Assembly: GCA_038227875.1 (NCBI GenBank)
Contig: JBBRPR010000069.1
Span: 1 to 42,434, forward strand
Reading direction: 5' to 3'
DNA: 42,434 bases
From: Planctomycetota bacterium
GTDB lineage: Bacteria; Planctomycetota; SZUA-567; H5-PLA8
The notes beneath the pieces were generated by a model, which saw only the letters and a program-made list of their open reading frames with translations, did not search any database and had not been told where the DNA came from. The position numbers and the translations under genes are program-made. Of this stretch, positions 28,088-37,490 are shown in pieces; the stretch's first letter is position 1, and every line of letters starts with the position of its first letter.

Positions 28088-28927
28088 ATGAGCGTTCAGG
28101 CCATACCCGTCGTCAAGATGTCCGGCACCGGCAATGACTTTCTGCTGATCGATAACCGCGAGCGGTTTTTGAAGGAGGCGGAGTTGCCTGACCTGGCGAA
28201 GGCGGCGTGTCCGCGGCGCGTTTCGGCCGGGGCGGATGGGATCATCCTCGTCGAGCCTTCGACCCAGAGTGGGCATGATTTCCGCATGCGGATTTTCAAT
28301 GCCGACGGTTCGGAAGCTGAGATGTGCGGCAACGGTTCGCGGTGCATCGCGGTCTTCGCGCGGAAGATCGGCGCGGCGCGCAACACGCAGAAGATCGAAA
28401 CGCTGGCCGGGACGCTCAATGCCAAGGTTCCCGACGACGGTCTCTCCGCGAGCGTGCAGCTCTCGCAGCCTTCCAAACTGGAACTGCGCAAGGCTGTCGA
28501 TGTGCTCGGCAAGCCGTACGACATTCATTTCATGAACACCGGCGTGCCTCACGCGGTGTTGTTCGTCGACGACGTTTCGAAAATCGACGTGAAGGCCATG
28601 GGCGCGTGCATCCGTTACCACGAAGTCTTCAAGCCGAAGGGCACCAACGCGAACTTCGTCCAGCTCGCCGGCAAGAACGAGATCAAGATCCGCACGTACG
28701 AACGCGGCGTGGAAGACGAGACGGGCGCCTGCGGCACAGGCTCGACGGCTGCCGCGATTGTGGCGGGATTGATTCACGGCTATTCGTCTCCGGTTAAAGT
28801 TCACGTCGCCAGCGGCGCGGTACTGAACATCCATTTCGAGAAGACGGGCAGCGATTCGGTCGGCGCACCGTTTTTGGAAGGCGCGGTGGACACGGTTTAC
28901 AAGGGCGAGTTTTATTGGAGAAAGTGA
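28088..28927 (+). CDS. dapF: Diaminopimelate epimerase
   Basis: KMSGTGNDF, NADGSEAEMCGNGSRC, NTGVPH, GTNANF, RTYERGVEDETGACGTG; AAGGAG SD before ATG 28088. Confidence 0.96.
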   Translation: MSVQAIPVVKMSGTGNDFLLIDNRERFLKEAELPDLAKAACPRRVSAGADGIILVEPSTQSGHDFRMRIFNADGSEAEMCGNGSRCIAVFARKIGAARNTQKIETLAGTLNAKVPDDGLSASVQLSQPSKLELRKAVDVLGKPYDIHFMNTGVPHAVLFVDDVSKIDVKAMGACIRYHEVFKPKGTNANFVQLAGKNEIKIRTYERGVEDETGACGTGSTAAAIVAGLIHGYSSPVKVHVASGAVLNIHFEKTGSDSVGAPFLEGAVDTVYKGEFYWRK

Positions 28928-29024
28928 CGGGAATGTCGAGGGGCAAATGTCGAAGAACGGCATTCAGCGCTCGACAACCGGACTGATCTAAACACACAGT
29001 AGTTTTCTTCTCTCAGGTTTATCG

Positions 29025-30434
29025 ATGGCGGCACCTACTTCAGATCCGCACTCCGCGACGCCGCCACGATCGCACAGTCCGCATCTCCCGCATTTTTCCG
29101 TGCCAAAGGTTCCGTCCTTTGTGCAGCTCTATTACAACGAACTGGTCCGCGGCGATGTGCTGCTGCGCGCGCCGGGACTGGCGTACAGCACACTGGCGTC
29201 GCTGGTGCCCATTCTCGCGATCGTGCTGGCGGTGTTGTCGACGGGAACATTCAAGGAACGCCAGGAAGAAGTCTTCGATTCGCTGGCGTCAAAGCTGGTC
29301 TTGACCGTCGACGACGAAGAGTCGTGGCTGCCGAACGACGAAAGTTCGCAGCAGTCGCGCTACAAGGAAATCTTTCGCGAAAACGTCAGGCCGATCGCTG
29401 AAAAAATGGGAGCCGTCGGAATCGGCGGCGGATTGGCGCTGATGGTCACGGCGTTTCTGCTCTTCCGCACCATCGAACAGGCGTTCAATGCGATCTGGCG
29501 CGTGCAGGTCGAGCGGCCATTCTTTACGCGACTGGCGATCACGACCAGCCTGGTGGTCTGGGCGCCGGTGTTGCTGGTCGTCTCGGTTTCGCTGACGGGC
29601 CATCTCGAAAATTTCCACGTGCTGGGCGAGTACGTTATTCCGGCGCTCTTCACCACGCTGGGCTTCACCGGCTTCTACATGGTGATGCCGTATGTCCGCG
29701 TCAAATTTCTCTGCGCGCTGGCCGGCGGAGCACTCGCGGCGACGGTCTGGGAACTCTCGAAGCTGTTGTTCATCGTCTACATCAACAAGCTCGTCCATTA
29801 CAATGAAGTCTACGGCACGCTGGGTCTGCTGCCGATGACGCTGCTGTGGCTCTACGTGAATTGGGTCGTGATTCTCGCCGGCGCATCGTTCGCATGTTGT
29901 CTGCAGCAGCGCGAGATCCTGGAACGCGAATGGCAGCAGCGCCGGCGGCAAGAGCAGATTTCCGCCGCAGCCAACGGCACGGGCGTCGATCCGCTCAACC
30001 CGCCGCAGCCGACCATGGTGCTGGCCGCCGCGATCGCCGTCGCGCAGACGTTTCGCGCGCCGTGTCCCAATGGCATCCGCACCAGCGTGATCGCCACGGC
30101 GCTGGAAGTGGATTTCACGCAAGCCAAGAACGCCGCCGAACGCCTGGTGATTAAAGGCGTGCTCGTCCGCGTCGAAGTTCCGGAAGGCGCCTCGGCAGTT
30201 AAAGCGGAAGACACCGCGTACGTCCCTGCCTGCGATACAAACGCGTGCAACGTCTCCTCGATTCTGCTGGCGGCGTACGCCGAACATCCTGAATCCGCCG
30301 CGCGTAACGTCGTATGGGCTCGCGCCTGCGAACTGGCCGACGCGTTCTCCAAAGCTGGCGCGAATGGGCGGTTCGCCAACGTGACGTTGGCCGAGCTGGC
30401 AGATCCGGAGAAGAAGGTCATCACGCAAGAGTGA
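29025..30434 (+). CDS. yihY: YihY/BrkB family inner-membrane protein with C-terminal winged-helix-like extension
   Basis: LAYSTLASLVPILA, IEQAFNAIWRV, WELSK, YGTLGLLP..LLWLYVNWVVILAGA. Confidence 0.88.
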   Translation: MAAPTSDPHSATPPRSHSPHLPHFSVPKVPSFVQLYYNELVRGDVLLRAPGLAYSTLASLVPILAIVLAVLSTGTFKERQEEVFDSLASKLVLTVDDEESWLPNDESSQQSRYKEIFRENVRPIAEKMGAVGIGGGLALMVTAFLLFRTIEQAFNAIWRVQVERPFFTRLAITTSLVVWAPVLLVVSVSLTGHLENFHVLGEYVIPALFTTLGFTGFYMVMPYVRVKFLCALAGGALAATVWELSKLLFIVYINKLVHYNEVYGTLGLLPMTLLWLYVNWVVILAGASFACCLQQREILEREWQQRRRQEQISAAANGTGVDPLNPPQPTMVLAAAIAVAQTFRAPCPNGIRTSVIATALEVDFTQAKNAAERLVIKGVLVRVEVPEGASAVKAEDTAYVPACDTNACNVSSILLAAYAEHPESAARNVVWARACELADAFSKAGANGRFANVTLAELADPEKKVITQE

Positions 30435-30545
30435 TATTCACAACGATCCACTCTCGCGGTGCGCTTGGCTTTGCCTTCATTTTCGACTACAACATAAGCA
30501 GCGCCAGGCCCCTTTGCCCCGACGCACACAAACCGAGGTAGAATC

Positions 30546-30989
30546 ATGAGCGAACAGACGACTCCCCCACCCACCGCGACCACTGCCGCACCCGCACCGA
30601 CTCCGGCGCCGAGCACACCGCCGGCTCCGGGCGCTGCGCCCGTGACGGGCGTGCTCAGCGGCACGACCACCGACGGCTCCGTCGCCTCGCCAGACGAGAT
30701 GCGCGAAGCGCTCAAGGAAGTGTTCGACCCGGAAATTCCGATCAACATCGTGGACCTCGGCCTGATCTACAAGCTTGAAGAAAAGGCAGCCACCGTCGAC
30801 GTCGAAATGACGCTGACCAGCCCGCACTGCCCCGTCGGCGATCAGCTCAAGGCCCGCGTGACGGAAGTCGTGACGCGCTGCAAGGGCGTCAAGGGCGTCA
30901 ACGTCAACATCGTCTACTTGCCGCCGTGGTCGAAAGAGAGCATGACCTTCGAAGGCAAGCTCCAGGCGTCCATGCTGGGCATCATGTAA
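30546..30989 (+). CDS. DUF59 / SufT-like metal-sulfur cluster assembly factor with Pro/Ala/Thr-rich N-terminus
   Basis: ALKEVFDPEIPINIVDLGLIY, MTLTSPHCP, PPWSKESM. Confidence 0.92.
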   Translation: MSEQTTPPPTATTAAPAPTPAPSTPPAPGAAPVTGVLSGTTTDGSVASPDEMREALKEVFDPEIPINIVDLGLIYKLEEKAATVDVEMTLTSPHCPVGDQLKARVTEVVTRCKGVKGVNVNIVYLPPWSKESMTFEGKLQASMLGIM

Positions 30990-31016
30990 GAAACGTTTCT
31001 CTTCTCGGCGGCGCCC

Positions 31017-31814
31017 ATGATTACGCTCACGACCGATTTCGGGCTTTCTGACGCCTTCGTCGGCACGATGAAGGGCGTGATCCTGTCCCTCGCGCGCCAG
31101 GCGGAGATCGTCGACATCTGCCATTCCGTTCCCGCGCAGAATATCGTCGTGGGCGCGTTGCTGCTGGAAGAGGCGTACAGCTACTTTCCGGCGGGAACGA
31201 TTCACGTCGCCGTCGTCGATCCGGGCGTCGGCAGTTCGCGGGCGGCGCTGGCCATTCAGACGGAACGCTACACGTTCGTCGGGCCGGACAACGGCATCTT
31301 CGATCTGGTGCTGCAGCGCGAGCGGATCATCAAGTGCGTCGGGCTGAGCAACCCGCAATATCACCGCTCACCGGTCAGCGCCACATTTCACGGCCGCGAC
31401 ATCTTTGCGCCGGCGGCCGCCTACATCGAAAACGGGACGCCGCTGGAAATGTTCGGCGAGCCGATTCCGCGCCGCTCGAGCTTGATTCTGCCGCAGCCGC
31501 TGGCCGCTGCCGCCGGGCTGGAAATTCACGTGCTGCGGATCGATCACTTCGGCAACCTGATCACGGACCTGACGCAGGAGCACTATGAGCGGTGGAATGA
31601 GCGCGGCCGCGTGATCAAATTTACCGCCGGTTCCGCCGGCGCGGCGCGCACCGTTCACGGACTGTGGAGCACCTTCACCGACGTGCCGCAGGGCGAGCCC
31701 GTGGCATACTTCGGCAGCGGCGGGAGGTTGGAGATCGCGGTACACTTCGGCCGCGCGTCGGACCTGCTGCAGTTGCGGATTGGTTCGGCGATTCAGATTT
31801 CTTTCGCGGATTAG
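31017..31814 (+). CDS. DUF62 SAM hydroxide adenosyltransferase (SAM hydrolase; halogenase superfamily)
   Basis: ITLTTDFG, VVDPGVGSSR, GPDNG, SATFHGRDIFAP, IDHFGNLIT. Confidence 0.9.
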   Translation: MITLTTDFGLSDAFVGTMKGVILSLARQAEIVDICHSVPAQNIVVGALLLEEAYSYFPAGTIHVAVVDPGVGSSRAALAIQTERYTFVGPDNGIFDLVLQRERIIKCVGLSNPQYHRSPVSATFHGRDIFAPAAAYIENGTPLEMFGEPIPRRSSLILPQPLAAAAGLEIHVLRIDHFGNLITDLTQEHYERWNERGRVIKFTAGSAGAARTVHGLWSTFTDVPQGEPVAYFGSGGRLEIAVHFGRASDLLQLRIGSAIQISFAD

Positions 31815-31863
31815 AAACTTTTCAGCTGGCATGCGGGTTAAGACTTAAAGGAGGCATCGAAGC

Positions 31864-32118
31864 GTGGCGGATGAAACGATCGAAGAGAAGCTCAAGGTCA
31901 TGGTCGTCGATCGCCTGATGCTCAAGGCCAAGCCCGAAGAGATCGGCGACGAAGACGACCTGATCAAGAAATGGGACGTCGATTCGATCCGCCTGATGGA
32001 GATCGTGATCGGATTGGAGGAAGTCTTCGGCGTGCAGCTCGGCGACGACGAATTCAGCATCAAGAAATTCCGCACAGTGAAGAACATCGCCGCCGTCGTC
32101 CGCGAGAAGCTCGGCTGA
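31864..32118 (+). CDS. Acyl carrier protein
   Basis: 84 aa, acidic, VDSIRLMEIVIGLEEVFG phosphopantetheine-site motif; AGGAGG SD. Confidence 0.88.
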   Translation: MADETIEEKLKVMVVDRLMLKAKPEEIGDEDDLIKKWDVDSIRLMEIVIGLEEVFGVQLGDDEFSIKKFRTVKNIAAVVREKLG

Positions 32119-32131
32119 CACGCCGCGCATC

Positions 32132-32965
32132 ATGGCCATTCCGCCCACCGATTCCGCCTCTCCCTCCCCCGCCCCTGCGCGCGAGCAACTCGGTTACGTC
32201 CTCGCGCTGGACGGGTCTTCGCTCTACGCCGTCTATCATGTCCCCGAGACCAGTTCGAAATTGCCGATCGTGATCGCGCCGCCGCTGTTTGAGGAGCGCA
32301 AGAGCGCGTATGCCGCGCTGCGCCGCCTGGCTCAGGATCTCGCCGGTGCCGGACACCCGGTGATGCGCTTCGACTACCGCGGCAGCGGCGAGTCCGGCGG
32401 TTCGGGCGCTGCGCGTCGCTGGGAGCATCTCGCACAGGATGTGATGAGCGTCCGCAAAACCTTGTCCGCGCTCTCCGGCAAACGCGACTCGGCGCTGGTG
32501 GGACTGCGGCTCGGCGGCACGCTGGTCTTGCAGGAATCGATCCGAGCCGGCGGAGAAGCGGTGCTCGCGTTCGCGCCTATTGTGATGGGCTCGACCCAGG
32601 TGCGGCTCTGGAAGATGCGTTCGAAAATCCGCGCGGAGCTCACGACTGCGACCGCGGGAAGTTCAACGACCAGCGCTGCCGCGGAGACGCTCGACTTCGA
32701 TGGCTACGACGTTCATCCCAAGTTTTTCGATGACGTCGCCGCCATCGATCTGGTGAAGGACTTGGGCCGCCTCTCGTGCCCCGGCCTGATCGCCCAACTA
32801 TCCCACCGCACCGACCCCGCGCCCGAATCGACAAAGCTCATGGAAACCCTCGGCCCCCGCGCCAAACTCGAATGCCTCCGCATGGAAGCGTTCTGGGACA
32901 AGATCGATGATGCGGAGACGGGCGCGTTGAGCGAACTGGCGCTGAAGTTTTTTCAGAGCGTCTAG
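32132..32965 (+). CDS. Alpha/beta hydrolase-fold protein resembling exosortase-A-associated 'hydrolase 2'
   Basis: APPLFEE, RFDYRGSGESGG, GLRLGG (Arg at the nucleophile position), DGY, FW near the C-terminus. Confidence 0.78.
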   Translation: MAIPPTDSASPSPAPAREQLGYVLALDGSSLYAVYHVPETSSKLPIVIAPPLFEERKSAYAALRRLAQDLAGAGHPVMRFDYRGSGESGGSGAARRWEHLAQDVMSVRKTLSALSGKRDSALVGLRLGGTLVLQESIRAGGEAVLAFAPIVMGSTQVRLWKMRSKIRAELTTATAGSSTTSAAAETLDFDGYDVHPKFFDDVAAIDLVKDLGRLSCPGLIAQLSHRTDPAPESTKLMETLGPRAKLECLRMEAFWDKIDDAETGALSELALKFFQSV

Positions 32966-32969
32966 CGGC

Positions 32970-34190
32970 CTACTTCGAGATACCCAGTTCGCGGGTCAAC
33001 GAACGCAGGAACAGCTCCGCGTCGGTGACGAGACCGATCGCCTGCTGCGTGCCGCGGTCGGCGAGTTTGGTGACGACGGCGGGGTTGATGTCGACGCAGA
33101 TGGTTTTCACGGCGGCGGGGAGCATGTTGCCGGTGGCGATCGAGAGCAGCGTCGTGCCCACCATTAGCGCCAAGCCGACGCCGGGCAGATGCTCGCGCAT
33201 GGCGTCTTGAGCGGCGGGCATGTCGATGATCACGTCCGGCAGCGGGCCGTCGTCGCGGATCGAACCGCTGAGCACGAACGGGACCTTGTGGACGACGCAG
33301 GCGTGCATCACCCCGCTTTTCAAAATTCCTTTCTTTACAGCCGCGGCGATCGAACCGGCGGTGCGGATGCGGTTGATCGTGCGCAGGTGATGTTCGTGGC
33401 CGTGTTCCACGGGCGATCCGGACTTTAAGGAGACGCCCAGGCTGGTGCCGAAGAGCACCGACTCGATATCGTGTGCCGCCAGCGCATTTCCGGCGAAAAG
33501 CACATCGACGTAGCCGTGCTTGATCAGCGCGGCGAGGTATTCGCCAGCGCCGGTGTGGATGATTGCCGGGCCGCCGACGAACAAGATCTTGCGCTTCGCC
33601 GCATGAATTTCGCGGACGTGGCGGACGATTTCTCGGATGACCAGTTGCTTCGGCTTCTCGCTCGACACCGCGCTGGCCATGAATTCGAAGCCGTCCTTCC
33701 CGCGCACGCGCTCCAGCGGTTCGACGCGGATGCCGCCATGTCCGGTGACGACGAAGTCTCCTTTTCTGACGCGGTGCATGCGCAGGCAGCGCGCGGATTT
33801 TCGTTTCGCATCGACGACGATGGCGCAGTCCATCTCCGCGTTGGCCACGGGAATCCAGCGCCCGCCGAGCAACACTTCCGTCGGGAGATTGGTGGACGCA
33901 TAGAAGTCGTCGGGGAAAATTCCGTTGCGCGGAGCGCGTTCCAGTTGAGCTTCTTCGGCGCGGGCCATCATCGCGCCGGTGCGGGTGACCAATTCCAAAA
34001 CGGCGTCGAGCTTCACGCGATCTTTGGCTTCGATGCGGACGCGCGCGTAGCTTTCGTCGTGGCGTGTGTGGCCGAGCTTGATCTGCTCGATTTCGTAATC
34101 GGCGCCCAGGCCCATGATCTGATCCAACACCTTTTCCAAGGTGTGGCTGTCCATGATGTGGCCTTTGAGCTCGATCGTTTCGGCGGGCAT
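32970..34190 (-). CDS. TIGR00300 family (LOR/SDH-associated; ornithine cyclodeaminase-like) protein
   Basis: ELKGHIMDS, FPDDFYASTN, EMDC, FEFMASAVSSEKP, GGPAIIHTG, AGNALAAHDIE, GSIRDDGPLP, TGNMLP, VDINPAVVTKLADRG. Confidence 0.9.
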   Translation of the reverse strand: MPAETIELKGHIMDSHTLEKVLDQIMGLGADYEIEQIKLGHTRHDESYARVRIEAKDRVKLDAVLELVTRTGAMMARAEEAQLERAPRNGIFPDDFYASTNLPTEVLLGGRWIPVANAEMDCAIVVDAKRKSARCLRMHRVRKGDFVVTGHGGIRVEPLERVRGKDGFEFMASAVSSEKPKQLVIREIVRHVREIHAAKRKILFVGGPAIIHTGAGEYLAALIKHGYVDVLFAGNALAAHDIESVLFGTSLGVSLKSGSPVEHGHEHHLRTINRIRTAGSIAAAVKKGILKSGVMHACVVHKVPFVLSGSIRDDGPLPDVIIDMPAAQDAMREHLPGVGLALMVGTTLLSIATGNMLPAAVKTICVDINPAVVTKLADRGTQQAIGLVTDAELFLRSLTRELGISK

Positions 34191-34193
34191 GGT

Positions 34194-34778
34194 TTACTGC
34201 TTCGGCGCGGGGGCGGCCGGAGTGGGAGCAGGTTGCGGAGCTGGAGCCACCGGCGCAGTGGCGGCGGGAGGCACAACCGGCTTTGCGTGGGTCGGCGGCA
34301 GCATCGACGGTTTCGATTCTTCGCCGTGCTGTTTGGCATTCAGTTTCAACAACACCAGCTCGTGGATGCGCTGTTCGTATTCCTTGTGGCGCGTGAAGAA
34401 GGTTTTGTCGGTGGTAATGGTGACGCTCAGTTCCGGCGCGCAGGAATCCTTGCCGCGGCCGTCGATCTTCACCTTAATCCACGAAAAATCGATGTACGGC
34501 GCCCGCAGGTAGGTTAACTGCGATCCGCAACTGCAACCTTCTCCGGAATCCGTCCGCTCGATCTGATCGCGGTTGACGTGCGCTTCTTCTTCAATGGCCT
34601 CGGTCGCGGCGCGGACGATGCGTTCGAACTCAGTCGTGTAGTTGCGGTCCGTGGAACCGGAGAGAGCTTTGACATTGGGCGAATAATTGGCCGACCCGCG
34701 CAGTACTACCTCTTCAGAGGAACAGACAGAGACCGAGAGTGCGGCCAGAACGAAAATCGAAAGCAGTTTAAACCGCAT
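34194..34778 (-). CDS. Secreted hypothetical protein with Pro/Ala-rich C-terminal tail
   Basis: Signal-peptide-like N-terminus; stop lies 3 nt before the next start. Confidence 0.7.
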   Translation of the reverse strand: MRFKLLSIFVLAALSVSVCSSEEVVLRGSANYSPNVKALSGSTDRNYTTEFERIVRAATEAIEEEAHVNRDQIERTDSGEGCSCGSQLTYLRAPYIDFSWIKVKIDGRGKDSCAPELSVTITTDKTFFTRHKEYEQRIHELVLLKLNAKQHGEESKPSMLPPTHAKPVVPPAATAPVAPAPQPAPTPAAPAPKQ

Positions 34779-34881
34779 GCGGAAACCCTCTGTCTTCAGT
34801 GATTGATCTGTTCAAAATAACGTCGCTACGTGGTGGTTGCCAGCGCCGAAATAAACAGGGACGCGCCACGGAGCGCTTGCG

Positions 34882-34918
34882 CCCAGAGCCAGGAGCTAAA
34901 AGCTAAGAGGCAAGAGCC
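34882..34918. repeat. Heptamer tandem repeat (GAGCCAA/GAGCTAA type)
   Basis: ca gagccag gagctaa aagctaa gaggcaa gagcc just downstream of the spoVR stop; same family as 18132-18156. Confidence 0.6.
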
Positions 34919-34921
34919 GCG

Positions 34922-36448
34922 CTACAAATTCTCCGCCATCTCAAACGCTTCTTCGATATCCACCGCGACTTCCGTTTCGTGATGTTCGGTGCCGTCGTAG
35001 GTGAGCAGGCGGCCCTTCCCGCCCATCACGGTTTCGATGTGGACCGGGCGGTTCCAGATGGTCTGGATGTTGTGGATCGTATCGCGGGCATGGTCGAGTT
35101 TCAGTTCGACGCCTTCGTAGCGGTGGCGCAGGTACAGCTCGCCGCGATTGGCATGATTGGCGTCGACGACGTAGATGAACGGCTGGCCGGAATTGGTGAG
35201 GCTGGCGAGGAGCTGCTGCTTGACCTCGCGGAATTCGCGGCTTGAGATTTCGTACACGCCGCTCTTGCGGTTGAACTTGTACGCGAAGAGCTTGTGTTCT
35301 TCGCAGAATTCCTTGGTGAAGAACGCGTCGATGAAGGTGACGTCGTTGTGGACGCGCCGCACTTCAAAAATTTTCTCACGGCCGAGATTTGCCTTGGTGT
35401 CCCAGTGACTGCGGCGGTCGTAGTCGTCGCAGCGATCCCATTCCGCGCCGTGCTGGCCCTTGTTCCAGCGCTCTTCGATGTTGCGGTAGAGCTCTACGCC
35501 GACCTTGTACGGGTTGAGCTGCTGGCCCATCGCGACGGTGCCGGAATGGTGATCGGCGTAGTCGATGATTTCCTGATCGGTGGCGAGCTTTTCGGTCATC
35601 ATCTTGGAGTGCCAGTATGTGGCCCAGCCTTCGTTCATGATCTTGGTCATGCCCTGCGGCGCGAAGTAGTACGCTTCTTCGCGCACGATCGAGAGCAGGT
35701 CGCGCTGCCACTTTTCCAGCGGCGCGTACTGGATCAGGAACTGTAGAATGTCGCGCGTCGGTTCTTCGGGGATGCGCTTCTTCTTGTTCCGTTCGTCTTC
35801 CAATTCCTTCTTCTTCGCCGCGAGAAATTCCGTGGGATTGACGAAGCGGTCCATGTAATCCTTGGAGCGGATGCGCTCCACTTTCAGCGAGTCGTCTTCT
35901 TCGTCTTCCAGTTGCGACTGCTTCTTGGCCTCTTCCTGCCGCCGGATGCCGGTGGAGTGCGCGTCGATCAGATTTTCGATGCTGAGGCAGCAGTCGAGGA
36001 ACGTTTCGACGGTTTCGTGGCCGTAGCGTTCAGCGTAGCCGCGGATGCGCGCGCCGTGGTTGGCCATGTCGTCGATGGCCTTGCGGCTGGTGTGTGCGAA
36101 GAAGCAGTTGTTCTTGAAAAAATCCGAATGCGCGTAGACGTGCGCCATGACCAGCTTCTGGTCGCCGACGGGATTGGACTGCATCAGGTACGCGTAGCAA
36201 GGATCGTTGTTGATCACCATTTCGTAGATCTTCGACAGGCCGTACGTGTACGATTTGCTGAGGCGTTCATATTCCATGCCGAAACGCCAGTGCGGGTAGC
36301 GCGTCGGAAAGCCGCCGAGCGCGGCGATCTGGTTGATTTGGTCGTGAGTAAGGACTTCATAGACGACGTCGAAGAAGTCGAGCCCGCAGTCGATGGCGTG
36401 GGCCTTGATCTCTTCTTTCAGGTCGTCGAGCTCGGGTGACAGATTCAT
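34922..36448 (-). CDS. spoVR: SpoVR family protein
   Basis: GFPTRYPHWRFG, IYEMVINNDPCYAYL, LVMAHVYAHSDFFKNN, YYFAPQGMTKIMNEGWATYWH, NPYKVG. Confidence 0.95.
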   Translation of the reverse strand: MNLSPELDDLKEEIKAHAIDCGLDFFDVVYEVLTHDQINQIAALGGFPTRYPHWRFGMEYERLSKSYTYGLSKIYEMVINNDPCYAYLMQSNPVGDQKLVMAHVYAHSDFFKNNCFFAHTSRKAIDDMANHGARIRGYAERYGHETVETFLDCCLSIENLIDAHSTGIRRQEEAKKQSQLEDEEDDSLKVERIRSKDYMDRFVNPTEFLAAKKKELEDERNKKKRIPEEPTRDILQFLIQYAPLEKWQRDLLSIVREEAYYFAPQGMTKIMNEGWATYWHSKMMTEKLATDQEIIDYADHHSGTVAMGQQLNPYKVGVELYRNIEERWNKGQHGAEWDRCDDYDRRSHWDTKANLGREKIFEVRRVHNDVTFIDAFFTKEFCEEHKLFAYKFNRKSGVYEISSREFREVKQQLLASLTNSGQPFIYVVDANHANRGELYLRHRYEGVELKLDHARDTIHNIQTIWNRPVHIETVMGGKGRLLTYDGTEHHETEVAVDIEEAFEMAENL

Positions 36449-36458
36449 GGTTGAGTCC

Positions 36459-36717
36459 TCACTTTTTGGATGCGTGTTGCTTTACCCACGCGCGAAATTC
36501 TTCACGACGACAAGTCAATTGTCCGAGCCCAACGATGTCCAGTTCAAGTTCTTCGGCCAGGATGAAGAAGAGAGATGATTCCAACGTACCCCCTGTCGTA
36601 GGCCATACGCGCCCGGCGATCATCGCCAGTCTCCGCCAACAGCGTCGAATACGTTTCCCAACTAACGTTGTTGAGGACCACGCGTTCTTCTCCCAATACC
36701 TCTCGTTGCGCGATCAC
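36459..36717 (-). pseudogene. Uma2-family (PD-(D/E)XK) endonuclease remnant
   Basis: ERVVLNNVSWETYSTLL...RARMAYDRG, frameshift in a G5 run (36589-36593), then TLE...ILAEELELDIVGLGQLTCRREE and an early stop; C-terminal nuclease core absent. Confidence 0.72.
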
Positions 36718-37361
36718 GAGAACCTCTCTTCCAGCCACGGGTCGGCGCGGTTGTGGTAGCCGCGCAGTTCCCAAAAGCCGAGGCGGTCGTTGGCGATGAA
36801 ATTGATTTCGCGGATCCACTTCGCGCTTTTCCAGAGGTAGCGCTTGGGGACCAGCATGCGGACGGGGCCGCCGTGATCGGGCGTCAGCGGCGCGCCGTTC
36901 CACGAGTGGATGACCATAACATCGTCGTCCATGCAGCAGGGCAGATCGAGATTGGTCGAATAGCCGTCGAAGCAGGTGAAGTAGACGAAGGCTGCTTCGG
37001 GTTTCACGCCGACGTCGCGCGCGAGGTCGGTGAACTTCACCCCTTTAAAAGAGCTGTCGAGGACGCTCCACGTCGTCACGCAATGCATGTCGGCGATTTG
37101 TTCGCTCTGCGGCAGCGCGTTGAAATCGGCCCACGTATACATCTTCTCGCGTTCGACAAGGCCCTTGACGGTCAGCGTCCACGAAGCGACGTCGACTTCC
37201 GGCACGAATCCGAGATCGAGGCGCGGCCAGTTGTGCGGCACGTGCTGCCCCGGCGGCACCTTGGCACGCGCGACGGCGTTGCTCGCGACCTGCTCGGGAT
37301 GCAGAACCTTGCCCTGGTTCTTCGCGGCCCATTTTTCTTTGTTGGCGTTGGCGTCGGACAT
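36714..37361 (-). CDS. Molybdopterin-dependent oxidoreductase (sulfite-oxidase-like), no signal peptide
   Basis: VPPGQH, DMHCVTTWS, DGYSTNL, HGGPVRMLVP.RYLWKSAKW, GFWELRGYH. Confidence 0.92.
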   Translation of the reverse strand: MSDANANKEKWAAKNQGKVLHPEQVASNAVARAKVPPGQHVPHNWPRLDLGFVPEVDVASWTLTVKGLVEREKMYTWADFNALPQSEQIADMHCVTTWSVLDSSFKGVKFTDLARDVGVKPEAAFVYFTCFDGYSTNLDLPCCMDDDVMVIHSWNGAPLTPDHGGPVRMLVPKRYLWKSAKWIREINFIANDRLGFWELRGYHNRADPWLEERFS

Positions 37362-37465
37362 CACACGACCCTTTTCCGATTCCAGCTTTTCAATCGCTCA
37401 ATCACCACGCTGATCACCACATCAAAGAAGAGACTCACAGCCCATTCGAATGCGATTCCCAGCAT
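37361..37465 (-). CDS. 34-aa hydrophobic small protein (MLGIAFEWAVSLFFDVVISVVIERLKSWNRKRVV)
   Basis: Its TGA overlaps the ATG of the oxidoreductase (TGATG); similar to 38390-38488. Confidence 0.45.
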   Translation of the reverse strand: MLGIAFEWAVSLFFDVVISVVIERLKSWNRKRVV

Positions 37466-37490
37466 GGTCTCAATTCCAAACTTAACCGGG

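Noticed and set aside
31017..31814. Possible SAM-dependent chlorinase/fluorinase feeding the adjacent ACP
   Set aside because: Keeps the Asp/Arg (VDPGVGSSR) and His (TFHGRD) residues typical of DUF62 SAM hydrolases; no PKS or other pathway genes nearby
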